Source: Octopus bimaculoides (taxonomy: Eukaryota). From it: a DNA stretch of 51,727 nucleotides. The position numbers and the translations under genes were made by a program. This document shows, one piece after another, positions 23,014 to 37,140 of this stretch; the first letter of the stretch is position 1; each line of letters starts with the position of its first letter. The stretch covers positions 69,982,090-70,033,816 of the forward strand of contig NC_068983.1 in NCBI RefSeq assembly GCF_001194135.2, given 5' to 3'. The notes beneath the pieces are model-generated. The model saw only the letters and a list, made by a program, of their open reading frames with translations, had not been told where the DNA came from and made no database searches.

Positions 23014-23390
23014 TCACGACTGGCACCCCCTCAATACTACTCTGCCTCCACTCCCAGTTGAGGGGTTCTTGTCTTGCAAGGCACTTGGTGATTCCAATGG
23101 TGCTGGTGCTACATAAAAAACACTGATGATGACACCATGTAAAAAGTACTGGTGATGGTGCCATGTAATAAGTACTGATGGTGGTGCCACATAAAAAGTG
23201 CTGGTGCTAGTTTCACAGAGAAAGCACCCAGTACACTCTGTACAGTGGTTGGTGTCAGGAAGGGGATCCAACTGTAGAAACCATGCCAAAACAGACTATG
23301 GAACCTGCTTTGGATCCTGGTCTTACCAGCTTCTGTCAAACCGTCCAACTGATACCAGCATGGAAACCAGATGTTAAATGATGATGATGA
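23014..23390 (+). mobile_element. Non-autonomous element with an RTE-type 3' tail and internal ~26-bp tandem units
   Basis: Shares ..GGATCCAACTGTAGAAACC..GTCCAAC..CAGCATGGAAA..GTTAAATGATGATGATG with the 16696-17699 tail; 4-5 units of GGTGCCAYRTAAAAAGYACTG. Confidence 0.75.
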
Positions 23391-24689
23391 CACTCTCTTA
23401 AAAAGAGAATGGTTTATTCTCTTGTTCCTGGGAGTACTCTTTCAAGAAAAACAAGATAAAATACTTGTGGCTGGAATGTTTTTGGTCATACATCTTCTTG
23501 TTTAGAGCTGACCTGGGGCTAAACAGTGATAAAAACAGCAACTATAATATGATACTTGTGTCAGTTATTGACAAAGTCTTTAGCTCATTATCCACTCTGC
23601 CCCACAACTTTTTTATGTACTACTCCGAACCTGTTAACACACTGTGTCTGTGACTGGTACTTTCATATCTCTTCAGATTTTTGAGAAAATTATTTTAAGA
23701 TAATACCCTAGCTGGCATAATCAACATTATTATGTAGCTATTGGGGAAGCATTCATGTGATTGATTGACCTGCTAGAAATAGTAGCCAAATTCCCTTTAT
23801 ATCAGACACAGCTGTCTTTTTTAAAAAGAAGGTAAAAAGATTACATAAAATAAGCTTAGATTTATTAAGTGTGAACAAGAAAGACAGGATGTTTATGGCT
23901 GGAATGCATTTAACCATAAATCTACTCAAAAAAGGCTTAACTGAAGCTAAAATATAACACACATGGACACATGTCAGCCAACAATCAATATAACATTCCT
24001 TTGCAAAATTGCTATAATTTAAAACCACCTTCTTATTTTTCATATTTCCACCTCACTCAAACATTGGCCTTAAAAAATATACATAGATGACTTGCTGTCT
24101 GTTTTTTTTTTTTTTCATATTTCTAATGAAGGACAAATAAATGTGAAATACTTCTGTCATTTATTCCATGTCAAACTAATGCAACATTTTATTTTACTAA
24201 TCATTGTCTATATTTTTATACAACTGGATGTACTTTTCTTTCTGCTGATGGAGTCATACTTACTTGTATCCATACTAGATTATCTCCTGGAGTAACAACC
24301 CTGACACTTTTAGTTTACAATTTTGGATTCTCATGGATTACCACTTTCTAATTACATTGGATCTAATTTATTACATTATATAAGTGTGTACATTGTTTTT
24401 TTGATTTTTTTTTTCACATGTGAATTAAGGAAGGAATAGCAAAATACTTCAAACCAAGTGGGTAAATGACTGAAAAGTTTGTAAATCACTAAGCTAGTCA
24501 TATATGTATTTTTTTCATTTAGTCAGGAGGGAAGCAAGTGCCCCTGACCCTCCTTGAAACTAATGACAGGGAAGCTTTATCAAATTGAAGACCTAGACTA
24601 GATGTTTGCAATGGAATGGATTCCAGTAAAGGGGTCCAAGGACTAGGTGGTAGTGTCTAACTGAGCTACAGATAAAGTCTATCTCCAGA

Positions 24690-24900
24690 ATAAGCCCCAG
24701 CAGGATTTGAACTTAGAATGCAAAGGGCTGGAACAAATATCACAAGGCATCCTGTCTGACACTCTAATGATTCTACTAGTCCACTATCCTGCACTGGTAC
24801 TTTATTTATCAACCCTTGAAAGATGAAAGGTAAAGCTGGGCATAGCAGAATTTGAACCCAGAATGCTAGAAGGCTGGAATAGATACTGCACAATATTTCA
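24690..24900 (-). mobile_element. Degenerate GAGCTGGCAG-family SINE
   Basis: GGTACTTTATTTATCAACCC..GAAAGGTAAAG..GAATTTGAACCCAGAATG. Confidence 0.65.
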
Positions 24901-25773
24901 TATGATGCTCTATTGACCTTGCCTGTTTATGGGTGTATGAAAGTGCTTATCTGCATGTCATTTCATTTGTAAACATGTATATTTTTATTTATGTGCACAT
25001 GTACAAATGCATTTAGAAGTAGAAAGATCTACTTTCTTAATGTCTATGTTGTTTCTGTTTTTCTGAACCCCAGTATTCCAAGCTTGTAGCTAAAGTAGTT
25101 TCTTGTATAATTAAGTGCCCCCATAAATCTAGAATTATAATCCACTTATAATGTTTGCAAATTTTTCATAATATTTTTGTACATGTGTTTGTGTAGGTAT
25201 GTACATCTCATCATTACCCTCATAGTCATAATCATCATTTAACTGTCTAGTCCATGCTGGCATAGTTTAGATAACTGTCACAGTTTGAGTCAGTTCTTAT
25301 TTGTGTCACTGCCCTCATTGATGGCTGAGGCAACCATGCCTCACTCTTACATTCCATTTTTGCCTGGCTTCTGCAGCTGGTTGCCCTTCTGATTGTCATC
25401 TGCTTCCCAGAGTTTACTAGATTCAATATATCATGGTACCAGCATTAGACATGATGACACCTGAAAAACATTGAAGTATCCTCTCTGTTCTCATTTGTCT
25501 CCATTTGTTCAAGGCAGATGTGACTGAATGAGTAAGCAGAAGAGAAAATGGTGACAGAGGGAGAACCAGGTGAGATAATATTAAAAAAAGAAGAATGAGT
25601 ATGAAGGGAGATATATTGCAGTTTTTGCTAGCTATATATGCATACATACATGCACGTACACATGCACAAACATATATACAAAAAGCTGCTACATACAGTT
25701 TAAATGCTATATTTCTGCAGGTTTGTATGGCATATATAATATAATATATGCAATAACTGTGTGTGTGTATATA

Positions 25774-25817
<44 letters not shown>

Positions 25818-25822
25818 TATAT

Positions 25823-25856
25823 GTTCATGAACCTTGGTTCTTTTCCCTAAAACTAT
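25823..25856. repeat. TA-tract-associated repeat terminus GTTCATGAACCTTGGTTCTTTTCCCTAAAACTATA
   Basis: Related copies at 38072-38106 and 46481-46515. Confidence 0.75.
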
Positions 25857-27399
25857 ATATTTGTATATATATATATAGAATATATATGGAAAATATATTT
25901 GGGTGCATGCACACACAAACACACACAATACATACTATATGTATGTGTGTGTATGTGTGTGTGTGTGTCATCAAAGCTATACATTTTTCCATCTAGTTTC
26001 AGTGTAGACAGTTTTTAAGTAAAAGGAAAGTTAGCTATTTTCCCAAGAGAAATTCACCATAGAGAACATATCAAAGGAAGTTCATATGTACGTATCATCC
26101 GATGGGATTTGTGATATATCTTTGTCATGTGGACATTAGTCAAGAAAGACAGAAAATTTTCCGGAAATACTGAATTTGATATTTATAGATGTATGGAATT
26201 GTAAATCCACAAGAACATTATGTCTTCAATCAGTACAGCTGTAGACAAATCATAAAAGTAATAAAAGATGAAAGTTGTGTGTGTTTAAACATACTCAAAC
26301 ACACACACAAGCACATGCATACACACACACACACACACACACACGTGTACATGATCACACACCTCTCTCCAAATGAAACATCTTGCAAGAATCATGTAAC
26401 TGTTGACACAAAATTTTATATATATGCACACACACACACACACACATACACACACACACACGCACACACACACACGCACACACACACACATACACACACA
26501 TATATACACTTTCATCCATTTTACATCCATTTTTACATGCTAGCATGGCAATGCACTTCTTGTTGCTGACTTGCCTATCTGTTTTTCAAATAAAGCGCTT
26601 TTAATTCCATTAATCTTTAGAAGGTCCAGAGCTAGTAGACAATTTGTTAATATAGATTAACATTTCTATCTCAGTAGTTTTTTATGCAACGTGCAGAATG
26701 TAAACATTCACACAGATATTGACATATACACATACATGCATATATATATATACATGCAACCATACATACATGGTGGCTGTAGACTTGGATGGGTATGAAC
26801 ATTGCTGACAAATTATCTTAGTTTTGTCTTTTTTTCCAGTAACCATACATACATGCATACATGCATATTTACATACATGCATATACACATGCTTACATAA
26901 ATGCATGTATATGATGGGATTCATACAGGTTCTCTTTATCGAATTCTTGACCTTAGAAGCATAAAAATCAAAGTGGACTTGAGCAGGAATTGATCTCAGA
27001 ATGTAAATTTCATCCCTCTATCTGTCTTCTCTGCCCACTATTTCTGGATCTGGGGGTGGAATAAAGTCCTCAGGCACCTCCTTCATTAAGTTCTATCAGA
27101 AACAACTGTCATTAAACTTTCTGGCTGGATTCCCAGGCATGACCAACAGAGACTATGGATGTTATCTAAACATCTTGTTCTTGTTCTACCCCTAAACTTG
27201 ATTGGCTCACTTGAAGATTCTGTCTTGCAATTCTTTCCTATGACATTCAAGTCACATATCTGTTGTACCAGAGCTGTGATCTCTCAATGCAGAGAAATAG
27301 TGGCTTAATCTGCAGAGACTCCTTTGTATTCAAGCTATGTACTCTGTCAAGTAATGTTACTTCAGAGATCCTTTGAAGGAACCCATCAGTCCTTTCAAG

Positions 27400-27620
27400 A
27401 AAGTTTTCCCAGTGCACTCTGCATGTTAGTGGAACATCACTGTGACAAGCAGAGAATAAAAAAAGAAGCTAAAGTAGCTACCTTTGCTTTGATTTCTTAG
27501 CTTATTGTCACCTTTGATCATGAATGTTGGATAATGACCAAAAGAGTACAATAGCAAATGTAAAATGAAATGAAATACCGTAAGGTATTCTGCTGATGAA
27601 AATATATTTTGTCTTACTAA
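27400..27620 (+). mobile_element. Very old RTE (Expander/Rex3-like) LINE fragment
   Basis: TFDHECWIMTKRV..EMKY resembles LTYGHELWVMTERTRSRIQAAEMSFL. Confidence 0.45.
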
Positions 27621-29791
27621 GGAGCTTTTACACTAAAAGCTATATTTAAGAGAGAACTTATTATTTCAAATACAGTAGTTATTAAATAATGTGCTGCATA
27701 TGTTTATAACTTATCTGCAACTGTCTGTAGAGTGAATGATTCTATAATTTAAGAGTGCCTATATTAGCCTCATCTTCAAAGATGAAAAATCATTTCTGTC
27801 TTTTGTACATTTTGATCAGTTTGATCTCTGAGAAATTTTATTTTTAAAATAAAGAATTCATTGTTTTTAGGGATTTTTAAATTTTTTTACTTCATGAGTG
27901 CATTGAAGATTAAACAAACAATTACTATGACTGAAGTGCTGGAATTTAAAAAAAAAATTACTGGTGCAACTCACATAAGAAGTTAAACAAAAATCAGTTG
28001 GAAATTAAAAGTTGAAAAAAAAAAAAATCCCAGAAAACTATTGTTTAGCATGTTTTATTAATCATACTTATGTATAACAAAATTCAAAGTTCTCAAGTAT
28101 TAGTATGAATTTTTTAAAACCTTAAGTTATATTTTTTTAAAATCTATAGGTGCCTTTAGATATCCCATGCAGTGCTCTGGTTAAGAACTACTGCATTAGA
28201 TAATTAAGTCCTAGACACCTGCTACAGAAAGAACAAGATGGGGATAATTATAGAAATATACCTTTGACTATAGATCACCTCAACTGAGTATTGGACCCAT
28301 GGCTAAATAACAAAGTACATTTACAACAAAACAAATGTCATCTTATCCAAACCAATACTAAGTTATTCTGAATGTGTTGTAATTCATTCTGCTTAGCTTG
28401 ATCCATAGAAACTCCTGTCACTTTCTTTCTCTGGTACATCTTTACAATTTATCTACTTCTCCTATTCCTCCTGATCCTCCTTCTGAGGTCTATGTTGAGA
28501 TTATAGCAGCTCTCACTTTCTCTATCAATAGACTTAGTAGTATAATTCAATTACTCAACACAACTACTTCAATTATGCTATCTATACACCTCTCTGTTAA
28601 GAGTATGTCTACTCTACCAGTACCTGATTTCAATACACTACAAACACACCCTCTCTCTCTCTATCTCTCTCTCTCTCTCTCTCTCCCTCTGTTTCTCTCC
28701 CACTCTCTCTCTCTCACACACCCTCTCTCTCTCACTCTCACTCATATGCACACGCATACACACACTTGCATACACTCACAACACATATATACACACATAC
28801 AAACAAGTGCACTTTCATATACACATGCACCACACATTGTCATAGGCATATTTGCTCATGCATACATTCGTATTCACACACACACGTGCGCACACACACA
28901 CACACACACACAAAACACACAAACAAACTTATTCCTATACTTATTTAATCACATGCAAACATTTCTACAAAATTACTCACATATGTATCCAGCATCCACA
29001 CAAACACACATGCAAGCATACACGTATACACTATATGCCAGTACATTATAAGCAATACACATACGCACTTTCACATATACAATATACACATGTATTCTCA
29101 CATAAAAACACACAATTCACACACACAATTGCTTATTAAATCAAATACAGGCACATCTGCCTAATCACTCATACATACTCATGTACACTCACACACATGA
29201 ATGCAGATATAAACTTATACATACATGTAAGAACACACATAAGCAATATTACCCNNNNNNNNNNNNNNNNNNNNNNNNNNNNNNNNNNNNNNNNNNNNNN
29301 NNNNNNNNNNNNNNNNNNNNNNNNNNNNNNNNNNNNNNNNNNNNNNNNNNNNNNNNNNNNNNNNNNNNNNNNNNNNNNNNNNNNNNNNNNNNNNNNNNNN
29401 NNNNNNNNNNNNNNNNNNNNNNNNNNNNNNNNNNNNNNNNNNNNNNNNNNNNNNNNNNNNNNNNNNNNNNNNNNNNNNNNNNNNNNNNNNNNNNNNNNNN
29501 NNNNNNNNNNNNNNNNNNNNNNNNNNNNNNNNNNNNNNNNNNNNNNNNNNNNNNNNNNNNNNNNNNNNNNNNNNNNNNNNNNNNNNNNNNNNNNNNNNNN
29601 NNNNNNNNNNNNNNNNNNNNNNNNNNNNNNNNNNNNNNNNNNNNNNNNNNNNNNNNNNNNNNNNNNNNNNNNNNNNNNNNNNNNNNNNNNNNNNNNNNNN
29701 NNNNNNNNNNNNNNNNNNNNNNNNNNNNNNNNNNNNNNNNNNNNNNNNNNNNNNNNNNNNNNNNNNNNNNNNNNNNNNNNNNNNNNNNNNN

Positions 29792-30143
29792 GCGGTCATA
29801 GGATCGCGGTTTTGATTCCCAGACCGGGCGTTGTGAGTGTTTATTGAGCGAAAACACCTAAAGCTCCACGAGGCTCCGGCAGGGGATGGTGGCGAACCCT
29901 GCTGTACTCTTTCACTACAACTTTCTCTGACTCTTACTTCCTGTATCTGTTGTGCCTGTAATTCAAAGGGTCAGCCTTGTCACACTGTGTCACACTGTGT
30001 CACACTGAATATTCCCGAGAACTACGTTAAGGGTACACATGTCTGTGGAGTGATCAGCCACTTGCACATTAATTTCACGAGCAGGCTGTTCCGTTGATCG
30101 GATCAACTGGAACCCTTGACGTCGTAAGCGACGGAGTGCCAAC
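29792..30143 (+). mobile_element. Family A SINE (5' end lost in the gap)
   Basis: Near-identical to 3550-3934, with an extra 10-bp tandem CACACTGTGT at about 29991-30000. Confidence 0.92.
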
Positions 30144-30568
30144 TAAACTGATGGTAAAATTTGAAACTTTAAACATATTTTTTGCTGGTTTCAGTCATTG
30201 AGCTACAGACATTAAACACTATCTTTAAGGGTAGATTCAATTATATCAACCTCAAGTGCTTATTTTATTGATTTGCACATTTGTTTTTTTTTTCATTGAA
30301 CTTGGAAAGATAAAAAGCAAACAAACTCAAGCAGAGTTTGAACTCAGAGCATGTCAGGAGTTTATTTTGCACAATGCTCAACAGATTCTCTTTGATCTAC
30401 AGCATGTCACAATATGTACTGTTTATGAAACAATATAGTAAAGTAGATGATGTATGTCTAATAGTAAAATATATTTGATGAAATATATTAAAATTGTTAA
30501 TGAATAAAGAAAAAAAAGGAATGTTTGGTTTTTCCCTCAACATAAGTTGTCAGTATTTCAATGTATTT

Positions 30569-30682
30569 TACTACTACTACTACTACTACTACTACCACTA
30601 TTACTACTGCTGCTGCTGCTGCCACCAACACCACCACCACCACTAGTAATGCCACTACTAAAACTGCTGCTGCTGCAGCCAC
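30569..30682. repeat. Compound trinucleotide tract (ACT/GCT/ACC)
   Basis: Directly visible. Confidence 0.9.
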
Positions 30683-30735
30683 CAATATCTGAATAAAATT
30701 GTGTTGCTATGTAATTATGTGTGTGAATGTATTTC

Positions 30736-30868
<133 letters not shown>

Positions 30869-32060
30869 TGCACATCTATTCCAGTTTTTGTAACTGATTT
30901 CATTTAGTAATATAACTTGTAGCTCAACCACCATATTGATATGTTGACTGCATACTTAATATCTTCAAATAACTTGCCAAAATAGAAAAGAAAAAAAGAA
31001 AAAGAAATAAAAAAAAAGGCAATTTTTAATTTTGAGCAAAAAAAAAAAACAACAAAATATCACTTATAAAATATTGGGATCCCTAACTTCAGTAGTTTCT
31101 CAGACATTTGACTTGAACCTTAAATATTCAATCTGCCAAACAAACTGGTTGTAAACAGTGGCACCTCATATTTTGGTGGACTCATATCTGGAATGGTAAG
31201 AGGGAAAGTAATGAAACTATTCAGTACACCAATGTTTACTCCTGTATATGGAAGTATTATTTATTCTATATATCCTGCCAGTGTCCCTGTTTCTTTTGGA
31301 ATTCACTACTGATGACTGCATGTGCCACATGTAAATAGATTCCTTGGCTCAGTTTAATGACACAAGAATTATATTCTATAAGCAGAATATTTGCTAAGTG
31401 AGTTGTAATGTCACTGAAGAGGATTTTACATTTTTTGTCAGCTGTCATATGGATGATGAGACTGAACTGAGACAAAAGTCTGCTGCCATAGATGCATGTA
31501 ATCAACTTCAGCACTACTTTTACTCATTTTCCCTGAATTACTACAGTCCATGACCTAGCTGTTTGTTTGGGTTGTGAATTGAAGAAGTGGGTTAATAACA
31601 AGAAGTCAAGGTATTCAATAGAATCAGGAAGGAAGGAGCTGGATTATGTGTGTGTGTGTGTAGTGTGTGTATGTGTGTGTGGGTGGGTGGGTGGTTGGGT
31701 GGGAAGTTCTATAGTATTTCTGTGCAGCCAAGTAGCCATTTCTGTGTACACACATGAGCAACCAACGTCATCGGAGCTTGCTTACTGCTACAATGATGAG
31801 TTGCAGGAAAGCTGCTAGTAGAAGCTAGTTAATTCCATCGGAATCAGTTTCATTGTGTGTACAGGCGTGTATGTAATTACATGTGCATTTCTGTTTTTAT
31901 ATAAATATGTGTACGTGTATGTGTTGCCATCTGATCATCTGTATGTTTGCTCGTGTTTGATTCTGTGTGTATATGTATACACTTTGTGTGTATTGTCTTG
32001 GGGAAATATGTGTTGATATCTTCACAAAAACATGTGGGTTGTGTTTAATTTATTTTCATG

Positions 32061-32121
<61 letters not shown>

Positions 32122-32897
32122 TATACTTAACTATGTATATTGGTATGTATGTATGTATGTATGTATGTTTTAGTGAGTGTGTCTGTGTATGCATTGTTAA
32201 TGTGTAGGCTTATATGCAAGTATATGTGTGTATGTTTACATTAATGTTTTGCTTGCATATATTTCTGTGTAGGTAAGCTAATCCAGGAAGTACATACCAC
32301 TCGTTTGCTTAAATATCAGTACATTTTCACTTTCACTACACACTTATATTTTAGATTGTATATGCATATCTTCTTTTTTTTCCCTGATTTGATTATATTC
32401 GTATGGGTATTTAACTTAGTCAGATAGCAAATTTATATATGTTTTTCTATGTTTGCATGTGTGTATGTGTGTGTGTGCATATGTGCATCTGTGTATGTGT
32501 AAGCTTGTATGTATCTGTGTGTATGTATGCATGCCCACATGTGTATATATTTATGAATGTATGTATGCATGTGTATATATAAAAATATGCTAATATGCTG
32601 AGCTTCTTTTGGTTTACCTTGGGTAACATTTTCAAATGAACTGGTATCAATTTCTGACAGTTAGGTGAAGTGAAGCCAGCCATTTAATATACAGTTCTTC
32701 TTTGAAATACAATAAAACACCTGCAGTAGGTCTGAACTTAGAATCTATTGCTAGGTTGTCTAGTACCTAATGCATTTTATGGTCTTGCCTCTGCACTATG
32801 CATGCAAATAGGTGTGTGTCTATTCTGTGTTTCATAGCCAGAGCCAAAGTAGCTGTTGAACCAACAGAAGGGAACCAGTACAAAATGACTTGCAATG

Positions 32898-33760
32898 TTT
32901 TATATCATCTTAATGCAGCAAGGTAGCAGTATCATTAGCATGCTGGGAAAAATGCTTAGAAGCATTTCATCCATCAGCACATTTTGAGTTCAAATTTCAC
33001 CGAGATTGACTTTGCCTTTCTTCCTTTCAGTGTCTATAAAATAAGTACCTGTTGAGCCCTAGGGTCAATGTAGCTGACATAGCCCCTTCCCCAAAACTGC
33101 TGGCCTTGTGCCAAAATTAGAAACTAATATTTTATATCGCCTTGGGTGTTGGGCTGGCAGAACCATTACCACACCAAACAAAGTGCTTAGTGGCATTTCA
33201 TCCATCTTTATGTTCTGAGTTCAAATTCTGCCAATGTTGAGTTTGCTTTTCATCCTTTCAGGGTTGATAAATTAAGTACCAGTTGAACAGTGGGGGGGGG
33301 GTCAATGTAATCAACTTTCCCACCATTCAAAAATTACCGGCCTTGTGCCAAAATGAGAAAAGAATATTTCATATCATCTTAAGGTGGGGAGCTGGCAGAA
33401 TCATTAGCACACTAGACAAAATGACCAGGGGCATTTCATCCATCTTTATGTTCCAAATTCAAGTGCCATTATGGTCACCTTTATCTTTCATCCTTTTGGG
33501 GTTGATAAAATAAGTAACAGTTGAACACCGAGGTCGATTTAATCAATTTAGCAACCCCCTCGAAATTGCTGGCCTTCTGCCAAAATTTGAACCCAATATT
33601 TTATATCATCTTTCTATGCTTCAAGTTCAAATGTTGCTTGGTTCAACATTACTTCATCTTACAGGGCTGATAAAATAAATACCTGAATTGGAGGGGTTGA
33701 TCCAATTAGTTGTACTAGTTTTAGGCTGAAAATTTGTGGTCTTGTTTCAATACAGGTTCT
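32898..33760 (+). repeat. Head-to-tail array of 3 full and 1 truncated GAGCTGGCAG-family SINEs
   Basis: Spacer TTTTATATCATCTT (or a 1-2 mismatch variant) at 32898, 33130, 33367 and 33599; periods 232/237/232 bp. Confidence 0.85.
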
Positions 33761-33769
33761 TGTTAACTT

Positions 33770-34200
33770 ATGACCACAATTGGTTCCGACTGACTGGTCG
33801 TAAGTCAATTTGGCCATACTACAGTCCTACATAGCTTTGTTTTATATTTTTACATTCTTAAGGTACATTCTTAGGTAAAAGTCACATACAGCATTCTGTA
33901 TTATACTATTATACTGGAGTTAGTCAAAAATTTCGGTGTCTCAAGCAGTCGTCTTATAAACAAATACAAGGTTGCTTCGGTGTCTCCACGAAAGGATATT
34001 CATCCACTATGCGGGATAACCTAGGGGAAGTGTTTGTTAGCTGATGTTGTCCGTAAATGGGTTGATTTCTAAGAAATTAAACTCATTAAATTTCAATTGG
34101 ATTATTTATTATTGCTGCTGGGGGCTGGCGCGCCAATTGTCAGAAAGTCAATCAGTCGTAAGTTAGATAGGTTGAAAGTCAACGACAACCTGTATAAGAG
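33770..34200. promoter_or_regulatory. CpG-rich, repeat-free promoter/enhancer-like island
   Basis: About 12 CpG in ~430 bp against a CpG-poor background. Contains palindrome TGGCGCGCCA (34126-34135), CAATTG x3, TTCGGTGTCTC x2 and GTCGTAAGT x2. Confidence 0.5.
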
Positions 34201-34781
34201 ACCATTATTTAAATCTGAGAGAAAAAGAACCATGCTGTTTCTTATATTCTTAACTTACTGTGGGCATTGCTTATTTATTTTGCTTACAACTTGCTATGCA
34301 TACTCAAGTGATTGTAATGAAAAAACTTAACCACTCATATATTAACCAAATGTCTGAATGTATGATTGATTGCTGTTTATGAAGAATTAGTGGCCTTCTA
34401 GTATATTGTTTTTATTTACATGCATTATTTCTAATATCCTTCTCATAATTAGACATTAAACTAATCAACAATCCTCTGATTTTTTCAGGCTCCCAATGCA
34501 ATTTGATTTAATCTTTATTTATTCACTTACTCAATCACTAAACTTTTTTCCTGGTTTTCTTTCAAACTAAATCAGTTATTCATTTTTATTTCATTCTTTT
34601 TTTCTTCTTGCAATTATTTATTTTTGAGCAGGGCAAAGTTTTTTTTTACATCACAGTCTATTTTCAAACACTCTGTTTACTAACCAAATACCACTTGTTC
34701 TTAGTAAACACCCTGAAGTCAATAGACATCGTTTGTGACATATTTAGTCTCCTTTCTCTCAGTTCCTCCCTGTTGACTCAC

Positions 34782-34886
34782 CATCAACCTTTCCCTGTCT
34801 GGACAGAAAATGTATTGCTTCTCCAGAAAATAACAACTGACATGCTGTACTGAGAACTTGTCAAAGTTGAATACATCTTGTCACAC
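34782..34886 (-). other. Candidate spliced exon (105 nt) ending in ATG|gtgagt; possibly 5' UTR/start exon
   Basis: tgtgttttccag| acceptor and consensus donor. All three frames contain a stop unless an internal acceptor is used. Confidence 0.3.
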
Positions 34887-36139
34887 CTGGAAAACACATA
34901 TGTTTCAGGTTTGTTTTTATCATAGAGCAGTTATTTAAAGATGATTGATGTTTTTCTATTCATAAAAAACTTTTGTATTTTCATTGTTTAGCAATGAATA
35001 CCCATAGCCTTAAGTGTGAACAAACATCTATCTACTCTAATTTGGCATGTTATTTGAAGGATAAAGAAAATGTTTAATTAAAAGGTTATATAATATTGGA
35101 CTTTACTACAAAATAATGGAATTTTTTGTCACTTCCCATTTATACATATATATATATATATATATATANNNNNNNNNNNNNNNNNNNNNNNNNNNNNNNN
35201 NNNNNNNNNNNNNNNNNNNNNNNNNNNNNNNNNNNNNNNNNNNNNNNNNNNNNNNNNNNNNNNNNNNNNNNNNNNNNNNNNNNNNNNNNNNNNNNNNNNN
35301 NNNNNNNNNNNNNNNNNNNNNNNNNNNNNNNNNNNNNNNNNNNNNNNNNNNNNNNNNNNNNNNNNNNNNNNNNNNNNNNNNNNNNNNNNNNNNNNNNNNN
35401 NNNNNNNNNNNNNNNNNNNNNNNNNNNNNNNNNNNNNNNNNNNNNNNNNNNNNNNNNNNNNNNNNNNNNNNNNNNNNNNNNNNNNNNNNNNNNNNNNNNN
35501 NNNNNNNNNNNNNNNNNNNNNNNNNNNNNNNNNNNNNNNNNNNNNNNNNNNNNNNNNNNNNNNNNNNNNNNNNNNNNNNNNNNNNNNNNNNNNNNNNNNN
35601 NNNNNNNNNNNNNNNNNNNNNNNNNNNNNNNNNNNNNNNNNNNNNNNNNNNNNNNNNNNNNNNNNNNNNNNNNNNNNNNNNNNNNNNNNNNNNNNNNNNN
35701 NNNNNNNNNNNNNNNNNNNNNNNNNNNNNNNNNNNNNNNNNNNNNNNNNNNNNNNNNNNNNNNNNNNNNNNNNNNNNNNNNNNNNNNNNNNNNNNNNNNN
35801 NNNNNNNNNNNNNNNNNNNNNNNNNNNNNNNNNNNNNNNNNNNNNNNNNNNNNNNNNNNNNNNNNNNNNNNNNNNNNNNNNNNNNNNNNNNNNNNNNNNN
35901 NNNNNNNNNNNNNNNNNNNNNNNNNNNNNNNNNNNNNNNNNNNNNNNNNNNNNNNNNNNNNNNNNNNNNNNNNNNNNNNNNNNNNNNNNNNNNNNNNNNN
36001 NNNNNNNNNNNNNNNNNNNNNNNNNNNNNNNNNNNNNNNNNNNNNNNNNNNNNNNNNNNNNNNNNNNNNNNNNNNNNNNNNNNNNNNNNNNNNNNNNNNN
36101 NNNNNNNNNNNNNNNNNNNNNNNNNNNNNNNNNNNNNNN

Positions 36140-36171
<32 letters not shown>

Positions 36172-36591
36172 ATATCCCTACAGATTTTGTATAGAATTTA
36201 GATATTTTGTAGTATACAAATAATGTATATAAACAATGCAATTGAAGATAGAAAATAGGTATTGGGTGTATATGCATATTTCTGGGGTTATTGTTCCTTC
36301 TTCAGTGCCACATCCAACCCATTACCTATTTTACTATTGCTGATCACATTGTTTACATAGATGTGGACGAAAAGTCACAACTTTTGGTGCTGGTTCTAAA
36401 TTCTATAGAAAATTTGTAGAGATAAACTTAAAAGTGATTGTATCACACTGCTACACAGTGATTTGGCATGGTTTCTATGGCTGGATGCCCCTCCTAACAC
36501 CAACCACTTTAAAGAGTGTGCTGGGTGCTTTTACATGGCACTGCACAAACATTTTTATGTGGCACCACATGGGTGCTTTCACTTAGCACTA

Positions 36592-36668
<77 letters not shown>

Positions 36669-37140
36669 CATACACATGTATGCATCAACTAATACATGTA
36701 TGCATCAACTAATACATGTGGAAGGAGAGAGAGGTATCATTCAAAAACAAGTAAACAGTATTAAAACAAAACAAGAAGCAATAATTATATTTTACATATA
36801 CACACATGTATGCATATGTGCACACATTCATGGTTATTTGGTTAAGTAAGAGTTTAGTTATATCTGAACAACAAATACAAATTAGATAGCATAAAACTAC
36901 TGTTAGTAGAACTAAAGATGTGTTTGGTTACACTGATTATAAGTACAAGCATGCATGGCTAGTGAGTATTTTAAAGCAGGGAAGTAAAGAAATCTGCTAA
37001 TATCAGTACAATAGTATAATTACTCAATTAGTTGATCAAAGTTGTATGCAAAAGTGATACTATACTCAGATGACCAGCATAGAAGTAACATTATTAGTTA
37101 CTTCAACAATTAGAACCTACATTAGAGAGTGAAACCTGTA

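Noticed and set aside
10680-24300. Joined peptide GDNLVWIQ|DY resembling the trehalose-6-phosphate synthase VWxxDY motif
   Set aside because: It depends on an arbitrary 13.5-kb splice, and the expected HLxLxP..GFFLHIPFP continuation is absent.
32898-33612. CRISPR-like repeat-spacer periodicity
   Set aside because: The intervening units are homologous SINEs of ~220 bp, the context is eukaryotic, and there are no cas genes.
35106-36277. Long ORFs of 200-380 aa (also 29181-29857, 17637, 37953)
   Set aside because: Made of X codons across assembly gaps.
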